From positions 1-64,000 of IMG/VR virus record IMGVR_UViG_3300028829_003504: 64,000 bases of DNA; one strand, 5' to 3'. Shown here piece after piece: positions 49,206 to 57,121 of this stretch. Each line of letters starts with the position of its first letter. The first letter of the stretch is position 1. The notes beneath the pieces were generated by a model. The model made no database searches, was not told the origin of the DNA, and saw only the letters and a program-made list of their open reading frames with translations. Both the position numbers and the translations under genes were made by a program.

Positions 49206-49868
49206 TTATTTGGTTTGTTGTATTTGGGCGCTACGAATTTTACTACGAGCTTCGTGCATCGCACGTTTAGCTAACTTATCTACATGGCAGTTTGACATGT
49301 AGTGAGGTCCTGTATTCTCACGACCACGAGCTACGTGGATTATATCGTAGCTTGAGAACGTACTTAGCTCCCCGTAAGCTTGACGCGCCAGGATATTAGT
49401 ACTAATGGAGTATCCTGCTGATGCTTTCTCAATATGCTTCGCAGCTTCAAGACTGTCGGAATATATAACTAAGTGCGTATCGGAATTATTAAATACCGTG
49501 CCGTTTAACTCACGCGTAACATGTTTAGCCGTTAAGAGAATCGCATATATTTCAGCCTTTGTTGAATCCATCGTAGGACTAGCGTCCCCGAACACTTCGG
49601 CTTTCTGTAGGCCACCTAAGTTAAACATACTGGCTATACCTACCGCGGTAGAATCACTATCGAAGGATCCATCACAGTAAGCTACTATGCGTTTAGTCAT
49701 TAGCTCAAGGTAATCTTCAAATTCTTCACCAAACAACTCACGAGATAAGCTTCCGTCGGTATCTTTGGCGTTTTCTCGCCTGAGGACATTTTCAGGATGT
49801 TCAATAAGTATTTCACCTACTTTAAGTATTTGCCGTAAATCTTGAATTACTCTATATCTTCTTTTCAT
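49206..49868 (-). CDS. RNase HI-like protein with N-terminal extension
   Basis: YCDGS, KAEIYAI, IYSDS, HV, VDKLAK catalytic D-E-D-D pattern. Confidence 0.8.
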   Translation of the reverse strand: MKRRYRVIQDLRQILKVGEILIEHPENVLRRENAKDTDGSLSRELFGEEFEDYLELMTKRIVAYCDGSFDSDSTAVGIASMFNLGGLQKAEVFGDASPTMDSTKAEIYAILLTAKHVTRELNGTVFNNSDTHLVIYSDSLEAAKHIEKASAGYSISTNILARQAYGELSTFSSYDIIHVARGRENTGPHYMSNCHVDKLAKRAMHEARSKIRSAQIQQTK

Positions 49869-49901
49869 TTTTGGTCCAAAAGAGTCACTGCGACTCTAAT
49901 A

Positions 49902-49913
49902 AATTTACAGTTC
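49902..49913 (-). promoter_or_regulatory. promoter-like motif variant GAACTGTAAATT
   Basis: Near copy of the repeated motif. Confidence 0.55.
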
Positions 49914-50777
49914 CTAGTGTCTATAGAACACTCGTATATTTTCATTCATGCGGGCTATATTACCGTCAGGGTGAAATACTTTAAAGTATGCGTGCTTAAG
50001 GATTAGTTTACTTGCGTTACCTTCAATCCATTGGGACATTCTAGCGGCCGCTATAACACGACCTATCTTTCCGGGTCTCACGCCCATAGCAGACGCTACT
50101 TCCTCCTCCGAGTGTTTGCTCATTTTAAGTTCAATGATCTGCTCGAATGCTTGCCTGTTTTTATTTATCCAGGCAAGCTCGGTAGTGTGCTTACTGTACA
50201 TGTCATCTTTATGTTTAAGGCCTGTTATTTTACGGAAGTTAAAGCAGATTAATTTATAGCGTGCGGGGATTTCTTTCTTTCTACCTTGTATGGCGGATAC
50301 TCGCTTGTCCTCCATTTCTCTGCTGAATTCCTCGAGACTTAAGTACATGGATTTTTCGTCGCCTTCAAATGTACGAGATAGGACTGATCGTACTCTAGTA
50401 GCTTCATTTTCAGTATTACAAGGACTAAAGTTTCGATTATGGACTAGGTAACCTAGGACATCTACATAGCGTATTCCCTTGTTACTAAGTTTTATTAGAA
50501 ACGTCTGCGTATCTACAAGGACACCGCATAGTCGATTGGATTCTTGATATTTATTTAAAGATTCCAGTGCATCTCGGTCAGCCGCTTCACGGAGGAAACT
50601 AGAAGGAAGGTCCATTTCAATCTCAGGAGGGCTATCAGGTATAGACATTTCGCTCAATTCTACGGCATTGCTAGTCTCTATTTTACGTTTGAGTGCTTTT
50701 TTCTTGACTACCAATTGAGCACCTACTCTAGTTAATTTTTTAGTCTTCTTCTTTTTCACCACTGTGCTTTCTCTCAT
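49914..50777 (-). CDS. hypothetical protein with possible C-terminal HTH
   Basis: SEEEVASAMGVRPGKIGRVI resembles a sigma-region-4-like HTH. Confidence 0.55.
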   Translation of the reverse strand: MRESTVVKKKKTKKLTRVGAQLVVKKKALKRKIETSNAVELSEMSIPDSPPEIEMDLPSSFLREAADRDALESLNKYQESNRLCGVLVDTQTFLIKLSNKGIRYVDVLGYLVHNRNFSPCNTENEATRVRSVLSRTFEGDEKSMYLSLEEFSREMEDKRVSAIQGRKKEIPARYKLICFNFRKITGLKHKDDMYSKHTTELAWINKNRQAFEQIIELKMSKHSEEEVASAMGVRPGKIGRVIAAARMSQWIEGNASKLILKHAYFKVFHPDGNIARMNENIRVFYRH

Positions 50778-50854
50778 GATAATATCCTAGTTGTTTAAAA
50801 TTTACGTTTTTAATTGTTTTTTCTTTTTCGGGATTTTAAGCCTACACAAATAGG

Positions 50855-50879
50855 AAAGGGCAGCCGAAGCCACCCTTTT
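50855..50879 (-). terminator. UUCG-loop hairpin/terminator
   Basis: GGGTGGC-TTCG-GCTGCCC-TTT on the - strand; near-copy of 37143-37174. Confidence 0.65.
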
Positions 50880-51115
50880 AGGTATATGAGTTTATAGAAA
50901 CCAATCTTTGCGGTCGTCTTGATTACGACACCTCCGCTTTACCTAAGACAAAGACTTAGAAACCTTGGGGAAGTCTTTGTCACGGAGAATGGTCATTGCA
51001 TACTTTCTATTTAGTATTTTAGACTGAGGCAGTAGTTTGTACCTAAGTACGTTTACCTCAATTAGGTGTCTACCCAATATTATGGAGTAATATTTGTCAT
51101 ATACTATTACTCACT
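50880..51115 (-). ncRNA. candidate small structured RNA
   Basis: ORF-free unit between a promoter motif (51123) and a terminator (50879); stems 50927-50933/51064-51070, 50947-50957/50971-50981, 51025-51029/51056-51060, 51085-51092/51105-51112. Confidence 0.5.
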
Positions 51116-51122
51116 TAGTATG

Positions 51123-51134
51123 TATTTACAGTTT
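51123..51134 (-). promoter_or_regulatory. promoter-like motif AAACTGTAAATA
   Basis: Exact copy. Confidence 0.7.
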
Positions 51135-51135
51135 C

Positions 51136-53142
51136 CTATATAGCTACTTCACCATCTAGCTTGGGGCCATGTTCATAATTATGGAGAACAAAATGGTCAC
51201 CTGTCAACTCGTCGAAACTCTCAAAGGGCTTGACTTCTAATGAAGGCATAGGTTTAACTTCTTGCTTCATCTGTTCTTCAAATAGATCTCGATGGAAGTC
51301 ATAGATATGATAGTCACCAAACATGTGAAAGAAGTTACGTGCTGCCATACCTGACTTCTGGGCAAAGGCCATAAGTAACGCACTGTAACTGCCTATGTTA
51401 AAGGGAACTCCGATGAACCAATCCGCGCTGCGCTGGTACATTGTCATATCAATGAAGTACTTAGGTACACCTTTAGAATCGAAGAATTCACCGACGACTC
51501 TTAGATGTTCCTCTTTATCGGCACAAGACATAGAGAATAACTCTTGACTAATTTTACTTTTGATTGTAACCACTACCATAGGGTTCTCAGGATTATAGTC
51601 TAAAAGACCTTCTCTCTCCATGAAGTAAGAGTCTTGCATTAACTCCGCAGTACGTATGTTCGACCAATGTTCATAGCGGTCGGAGTGACTCATAGGACTT
51701 GTACCTAATTGGAACATCATGTGACAGGGAGGTAACGCTTGCTGACCGACCGTTGCGTTTTCATGAGGCTCAAAATATCTTACTTTAGGAGCATCCACGT
51801 AGTCAAGTAAAGCTTCGAGTAATTCCTCCTCGTTCAGACCTTCGGGGAGATCTGAAGGTCCTCCATTGTGTAGGAGACTTTCGCAGTAATCACGCGCTTG
51901 CATTATGGGTGCTTCACCTCCAGAGTCAAGACGCCGTTCGGCCTCATCCATCCACTTCACATTAGCCATTACTTTTTCAATTTCACCGTCCAGATAGTGC
52001 TCTTTGCGATCTACTTGGTTTGCAAATGCTACTTGCGTAACAGGAGTTAAGCCTGGGTTCAAGGCAGTAACTAACATACGGCGGTCATTAGGATTGTTCT
52101 TCAAACTTTCGGCAACGGCATCCAGTTGATCAAACTTCTTAGTATACACAGTATGCTCGGCATCCCATTTACCTTCAATACCTAACGCATTAAGAACTCT
52201 ATAGTAAGTTTCAACGAAAGCGTTGTACTCAGGTAACTCTAAGACATTGTCCCCGAAGTACATTTGGATAGTGCCTTCACTGAGATCACGCCCAGAAGCT
52301 TCGGTAGTAGTAATTATACTAGAGCGCATGCCGTTTTGTTCAAGATAGCCCTGGAAGTCTTCGAGAGTGAAGTCGCCATTTTTAATCTTAGCCCGTAGTT
52401 CTTCATCCATTCTACTAGTTTGGTCAAAAGAGCCTTGTGCAATATAGTTCTGGTTTATTAAGAAGTCAATCATACCAGTATTAGTATCAGCCACGGTGCG
52501 TGTGTCTTCCCATGCTCGCCATTGTGCTCCGTATACAGGACCTAGATTCCCATTGTTGTCAGCCCAACCGTCCCATATTTTAGCACCTAATGTTTTAATG
52601 TTCGTTTCACCTCGACATAGCCAACCCAGCTCTTTCATGATACCTTTAAAGGCTGTGAACTTAGTAGTGACTAGAGGGAAACCATCACGCATATCGAATT
52701 GCATCATGTGGCCGAACAGCTTAGTAGTAGGCGTTGTAGTTCTGTTTCCGCTACGCGCTCCTGCGTAAAGAATGTCCTGAGCCGCAGATAGATACTGTAC
52801 ATCGACATGTCTTTTATTAGGATGATTCTGCCAGGTATTAGGTACTTCTTTTTCTAACGTACCTGATTTAACAAAAGTAATAACAGCATTACGGCCATCA
52901 TAATTACTGTACTGCGCCTGTACTACCACAAGAGGTCCACGTAATGTGTAAGGGCCTGTACGGTCTTCGTAGTGGCAATGCTGTATTAAATCACCTTCCT
53001 TGAAGCGGCTAGACATATCGCGGTCTATATTAAAGAAAGAAACAATATGGTAATGATCAATGTCAGTAGCCATCAGGTAATCACATTTAAGATGGACTGA
53101 TTTACCCATCATAACTTGATAAGGTATTTTAACTGATTCCAT
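51136..53142 (-). CDS. thyA: thymidylate synthase with N-terminal extension and three large insertions
   Basis: NRT, FPLVTTK, EL.W, IWDGWA, LGPVYGAQWR, DRRM, LPPCH, YQRSAD..GVPFN, GDYHIY. Confidence 0.92.
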   Translation of the reverse strand: MESVKIPYQVMMGKSVHLKCDYLMATDIDHYHIVSFFNIDRDMSSRFKEGDLIQHCHYEDRTGPYTLRGPLVVVQAQYSNYDGRNAVITFVKSGTLEKEVPNTWQNHPNKRHVDVQYLSAAQDILYAGARSGNRTTTPTTKLFGHMMQFDMRDGFPLVTTKFTAFKGIMKELGWLCRGETNIKTLGAKIWDGWADNNGNLGPVYGAQWRAWEDTRTVADTNTGMIDFLINQNYIAQGSFDQTSRMDEELRAKIKNGDFTLEDFQGYLEQNGMRSSIITTTEASGRDLSEGTIQMYFGDNVLELPEYNAFVETYYRVLNALGIEGKWDAEHTVYTKKFDQLDAVAESLKNNPNDRRMLVTALNPGLTPVTQVAFANQVDRKEHYLDGEIEKVMANVKWMDEAERRLDSGGEAPIMQARDYCESLLHNGGPSDLPEGLNEEELLEALLDYVDAPKVRYFEPHENATVGQQALPPCHMMFQLGTSPMSHSDRYEHWSNIRTAELMQDSYFMEREGLLDYNPENPMVVVTIKSKISQELFSMSCADKEEHLRVVGEFFDSKGVPKYFIDMTMYQRSADWFIGVPFNIGSYSALLMAFAQKSGMAARNFFHMFGDYHIYDFHRDLFEEQMKQEVKPMPSLEVKPFESFDELTGDHFVLHNYEHGPKLDGEVAI

Positions 53143-53368
53143 GTTCTACCTCCAAGAAGTCTACTAGGGCGTCGATGGTGTGGATGTCTTCGGCTTGTTT
53201 ATCTAAGATTTCAATGCCAAAAACTTCTTCAATTTCCATGAAAAACTCAACGTTGTCAAGTTCATCGAAACCTAAATCTTCCCAAGTGGTATCAATTTCG
53301 ATTTCATCTTCGTCGATACCAACTACTGTAATTGCGGCTTGCTTGATTTTATTAATAACTGATGACAC
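53129..53368 (-). CDS. acyl carrier protein-like protein lacking the phosphopantetheine Ser
   Basis: DLGFDELDNVEFFMEIEEVFGIEI.D..AE.I.T versus AcpP [20 protein letters not shown]; codon GAA (Glu) at the Ser position. Confidence 0.85.
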   Translation of the reverse strand: MSSVINKIKQAAITVVGIDEDEIEIDTTWEDLGFDELDNVEFFMEIEEVFGIEILDKQAEDIHTIDALVDFLEVEHGIS

Positions 53369-53389
53369 TATATATTCCTCTTCTTTTAG

Positions 53390-53647
53390 CTAGTTTAGTT
53401 CTTGAGTTAAATCTTTATAGTAAGGGCAAGTAACGCCCACGTCATTAAGTAACTCATGTAAGTGGTGATTGTTGTAGAAGCCATGATACTTCTGGGAGTT
53501 ACTAGGCATCGTATTTGGATTCTCTTGAACCCAATTGATTCTAATACCTTGTCTACCTTCAGAAGCGTACAACCGTATTTCCCAAGCATCTTTCACCATC
53601 GATATATATATAATCACCGCACGGTATATGAGACTTAGGCCCGCCAT
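53390..53647 (-). CDS. hypothetical protein
   Basis: 85 aa ORF. Confidence 0.4.
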   Translation of the reverse strand: MAGLSLIYRAVIIYISMVKDAWEIRLYASEGRQGIRINWVQENPNTMPSNSQKYHGFYNNHHLHELLNDVGVTCPYYKDLTQELN

Positions 53648-53695
53648 CGTTAAGTGTTGTAGGATGGACAGTGAAACCTAGAGAAGTTAGTAAGT

Positions 53696-54022
53696 CTATC
53701 GCTGACATAATTCAGGGTCCAGATTCAATTTAGATATATCCACTTTATGTTCTTTCAAGTACTCACCCAACGTAACACTACCGTTGTGCTCCATACGTAA
53801 ACCAAAGTTAGGCGGGGATAAAGTATTACCTAATGTTGATGCCTGGGCGTCAAGTACATTGATACGACCTGCTGCGCTTTTCTTGTAGTGCTCATGGATC
53901 CACTGCAGGTGCTGTACTTCGGTTACGAAGCCCCAACATTGATTGCTTTCCCACCAGAAGAATGGGAACTTACCTGATAATTCCGCTTTATCCTTGGCAC
54001 TTAATGATTGTTGTAGGCTCAT
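53696..54022 (-). CDS. hypothetical protein, paralog of 46982..47281
   Basis: KFPFFWW... motif; ATG at 54022 with AAGGA RBS. Confidence 0.65.
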   Translation of the reverse strand: MSLQQSLSAKDKAELSGKFPFFWWESNQCWGFVTEVQHLQWIHEHYKKSAAGRINVLDAQASTLGNTLSPPNFGLRMEHNGSVTLGEYLKEHKVDISKLNLDPELCQR

Positions 54023-54076
54023 GGTTCGGTCCTTATGTGTAGAGAGCAGACATAAGCGCCTACTCAAGTTATCATT

Positions 54077-54088
54077 TATTTACAGTTT
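54077..54088 (-). promoter_or_regulatory. promoter-like motif AAACTGTAAATA
   Basis: Exact copy. Confidence 0.7.
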
Positions 54089-54533
54089 ACTGCAAACGCT
54101 TTCTAAGAGTCACGGAGCTCTGTTCGTACCCGATGGCCTCAGAAGCAATAAGCATAAGCTGATTGTTTCGCATAGTACCGTACTCAATGTAGTGGACGCC
54201 TACATCGTTAGCGATCTTTTCAACTTCTTCTATGAGTTTACGGAAGATACCCTGCTGCCTATACAGAGGATTAACGTAAACGAACCCTACCCAAATGTAA
54301 GTATCATCCATTGAGTTTGCATGTATAGAGTAAGTTAAAACACCTAAGCCTTCGTTAGAGTCCCCATCTGTAATATAGATATACGGGTCACGCGCGCCTA
54401 GCGAGTAACCTCCATCGACTAGCACTAGGCGATTTGCTACTAATTCACTCCAGCCTTGTGCCGCAAACACGAAACCGCCACCATTACATAGCTGTTTAGA
54501 TTTCTCTATGATGTAAGGAATACTATCAAGCAT
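54087..54533 (-). CDS. GNAT acetyltransferase
   Basis: VYVNPLYRQQGIFRKLI (motif A), N..M......GY. Confidence 0.85.
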   Translation of the reverse strand: MLDSIPYIIEKSKQLCNGGGFVFAAQGWSELVANRLVLVDGGYSLGARDPYIYITDGDSNEGLGVLTYSIHANSMDDTYIWVGFVYVNPLYRQQGIFRKLIEEVEKIANDVGVHYIEYGTMRNNQLMLIASEAIGYEQSSVTLRKRLQ

Positions 54534-54534
54534 A

Positions 54535-55029
54535 CTACAGCGCCTCGACATAGCCAAGAAACTTAGTAGCTTTAGCCACACGTGCCTTGAACATTATGTC
54601 AGTAGGTATGCCCATTTTAATTCTAGATATATGTAAGGCAAGGGCCCCTAGAACAAGCTGTACCTCATGTGAATTACGCATACCTATTAGATAATCTATT
54701 ATTACACCTATAGCCGCATTTATATGAGCTACGGTTATTAGTGTACCCTGCTCACCGATAAAGACTACATCATAGGTCTCTTTTCTATCGAGGCTTTGTA
54801 CGTCAACCGGGAACTTAAATACAATGCCCATTTGAATAAGCATAGTTTCAACGTCAGCTACTTCGCAGGCTAGGTCATATAAAGAATCGTTATGGTTACG
54901 CTTAATACTAATATGATAGGTATTTATTATCTGCGCCGATAGCTCATTAAGTTCTTCGATAGTTTTCAATGTCTGCTCACGTTGGCCTTTGTGGGCCAAC
55001 ATAGTATTACACATTTTTAATAAATTCAT
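54535..55029 (-). CDS. MazG-like NTP pyrophosphatase family protein
   Basis: QTLKTIEELNEL...EVADVE; ATG at 55029 preferred. Confidence 0.6.
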   Translation of the reverse strand: MNLLKMCNTMLAHKGQREQTLKTIEELNELSAQIINTYHISIKRNHNDSLYDLACEVADVETMLIQMGIVFKFPVDVQSLDRKETYDVVFIGEQGTLITVAHINAAIGVIIDYLIGMRNSHEVQLVLGALALHISRIKMGIPTDIMFKARVAKATKFLGYVEAL

Positions 55030-55366
55030 TGCTATTCTTCCTGTGGCTAATATTATATACTTCGTCGTACATACGGCGACTGTTTGGACATAAGGCATTT
55101 ACGATACGACCAGAACACACGCTAACCCTGTTCTTAAAGCGTAGGCCTTTCTTCGCATAGTTGACTTCGTAGTCGTCGGTATGTCCTTTCTTGTGGTATT
55201 CAATTCTGTACTGGAGTAATTTCTCCAAGAGAAGTCCATCGGTGAAGATTTTAGTTTTGATGTGCCTACTGATACTGCAATCAAGCATAAGGTTTTGGCA
55301 GTCATTGGCTTTCATCAATTCGTTAATACGTGCGGCAAGTTGTCGTGCAAGGTACTCAGTAATCAT
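55007..55366 (-). CDS. hypothetical protein
   Basis: 119 aa ORF. Confidence 0.55.
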   Translation of the reverse strand: MITEYLARQLAARINELMKANDCQNLMLDCSISRHIKTKIFTDGLLLEKLLQYRIEYHKKGHTDDYEVNYAKKGLRFKNRVSVCSGRIVNALCPNSRRMYDEVYNISHRKNSNEFIKNV

Positions 55367-55885
55367 TTATTTATCCACGAATTGTTTGTATACGTTCTGT
55401 ATTATGAAGCTAGTCAAGGCGTTTATGTCATGTCGCCATACAGTAGAGAACACTAAGGACAAATGATTCTCTACGTATTTGAATAATTCATCGGATGTCC
55501 CATTGAAACTTTCATATAGTTCCTTTACGGAAACATCCCATCCACCTAGACCTCCACCTTTAACACTAAGCGCCGTACTGTATGTATGCAACACGTTACC
55601 TTCGGGCTCGAAATATAATTTTAAATCGCTGTAGCTGCCTATAATACCAAAAAGACCTAATGCCTCTGACCTAGATTGATTTTCGTTGGTATTATTAATT
55701 AAGAGTTCAATACACGCTTTTGCTTCTGCGCCTAGCTCATTAGGCTTTCTGCGGATTAGTACCAAATTGAATGAAGGAAGAGAAGCTGACATGGTATTAC
55801 CATCGGCGCTATCAATTTTAAATAAATTTAATTTTACTATTTTCATGTTAATCCCATATAGGGTCCACTTGTAACCAAGCTTCAC
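55367..55885 (-). CDS. hypothetical protein
   Basis: About 160 aa; probable start at MKIVKL. Confidence 0.55.
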   Translation of the reverse strand: MKLGYKWTLYGINMKIVKLNLFKIDSADGNTMSASLPSFNLVLIRRKPNELGAEAKACIELLINNTNENQSRSEALGLFGIIGSYSDLKLYFEPEGNVLHTYSTALSVKGGGLGGWDVSVKELYESFNGTSDELFKYVENHLSLVFSTVWRHDINALTSFIIQNVYKQFVDK

Positions 55886-56207
55886 CGTTGTTTATAAAAA
55901 TACAATCGGCTGATTGCACAAAACATGCCGTACCGGGCGATATCTCAATATTCATTAAGTTGGATATATGCTGCACATCACTTATGAAGGTAGTACCTAA
56001 TATACTAGAATAGAATCCTAAGGATATACTAGGTTCTGACTTGATGCCTTCTCGACCGAACGCCATCATAGCCTTAGCTAGGTCATCCTCCTTTATAGGT
56101 ATGACTACTACTGCCTTAGCTAAGATCTTTAAGAAAGATATTTTGTAGGAACAGGCTGATTTGACAAAAAACCTATCTATTAAATTCTGGACTTTACTAT
56201 CTTCCAT
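55848..56207 (-). CDS. miniature major-capsid-like protein
   Basis: GFYSSILGTTFISDVQHISN...ISPGTACFV aligns with capsid GQIATLQGMTLLTDGYRAPN..LRPGEIYVV. Confidence 0.55.
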   Translation of the reverse strand: MEDSKVQNLIDRFFVKSACSYKISFLKILAKAVVVIPIKEDDLAKAMMAFGREGIKSEPSISLGFYSSILGTTFISDVQHISNLMNIEISPGTACFVQSADCIFINNGEAWLQVDPIWD

Positions 56208-56538
56208 CTCTAAGCTCCTTTACCCTATTGTCTAATACTATTTTGTAGTTGTTACCGTGGCAGTCATCAGGACTGCACCAGCACACCAGTGCTATCTTCT
56301 CACCCTTTAATACCCTAAGAGCAAGTAGATTTAACTGTTTACGTAAATAACACTTACGTTTCATCTTTCTATTTACATAATCACGATGGGCAGCTATTGA
56401 GCGTCCTCGAGTATCTCGGTGCTCATTGTTACCAAACATCGTTGTCCTATCTATAAGAATGTGTGTGTATCCTTCAGGTATAGGTGCAGCACCTGCTCTC
56501 TTACTTACAACAATAATATCATCAGGTTCGAATAGCAT
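56197..56538 (-). CDS. DUF4326-like protein
   Basis: IDRTTMFGN...L.CWCSPDDCHG motif. Confidence 0.75.
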   Translation of the reverse strand: MLFEPDDIIVVSKRAGAAPIPEGYTHILIDRTTMFGNNEHRDTRGRSIAAHRDYVNRKMKRKCYLRKQLNLLALRVLKGEKIALVCWCSPDDCHGNNYKIVLDNRVKELRDGR

Positions 56539-56557
56539 TATTAACCTCCGTTAATCA

Positions 56558-57121
56558 TTACTGACAGGCAAAGTCCCTAGAAGCTTTCGCTTCATGTAAA
56601 CAGAAGGCATTAGCAATCATTTCTTTAGTTATATTAGGATTAACTTCCCACGTTGCTTTTTTAACACAAGCACCTTCAGTGCCGAACAAGTCTTCGGTTA
56701 TGCTAGGCTTATTATATCTAGTTAGCATAAGTATCGTAGGAATTTTCTCTTCCGTGCACACTTCACGTAGGGCTGTCATAACCCAAGTTACTTCACGGCC
56801 GTTTAGACCACACCAGTCGAAGTCTTCAAGTACTATTAATTCAGGTACCTTAGAGAACCTCGCGAGGTGCTTTATGTGATTAGTTATATCGCCAGGTGAC
56901 ATGGAGTATTCGAATACGTCACTGTTTGGGTATTCTTTTCTGTCACGTGCGGCTGAGGTAGAAAATACCATCATATTACATTTAGTATCTAATTCTTTTA
57001 TTACCTGTGACTTACCCGAGTGGCGACCCCATATAACTTTAAGCTCCTCGGTAGCAGACTTGTCCTCAATGCTACTAAGGACGTCATTGATTAAATTGAT
57101 TTGCTCAGGAAATAGATTCAT
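56558..57121 (-). CDS. truncated terminase large subunit ATPase-like protein
   Basis: LFPEQ (Q motif), WGRHSGKS (Walker A), LIVLEDFD (altered Walker B), ATWEVNP...RDFAC; only 187 aa and no nuclease domain. Confidence 0.6.
   Translation of the reverse strand: MNLFPEQINLINDVLSSIEDKSATEELKVIWGRHSGKSQVIKELDTKCNMMVFSTSAARDRKEYPNSDVFEYSMSPGDITNHIKHLARFSKVPELIVLEDFDWCGLNGREVTWVMTALREVCTEEKIPTILMLTRYNKPSITEDLFGTEGACVKKATWEVNPNITKEMIANAFCLHEAKASRDFACQ

Noticed and set aside
51136-53142. Intein or intron in thyA, or a base-modifying hydroxymethylase
   Set aside because: No Cys/Ser...His-Asn intein termini or LAGLIDADG motifs; the frame is continuous; the dUMP-specific Asn is retained.
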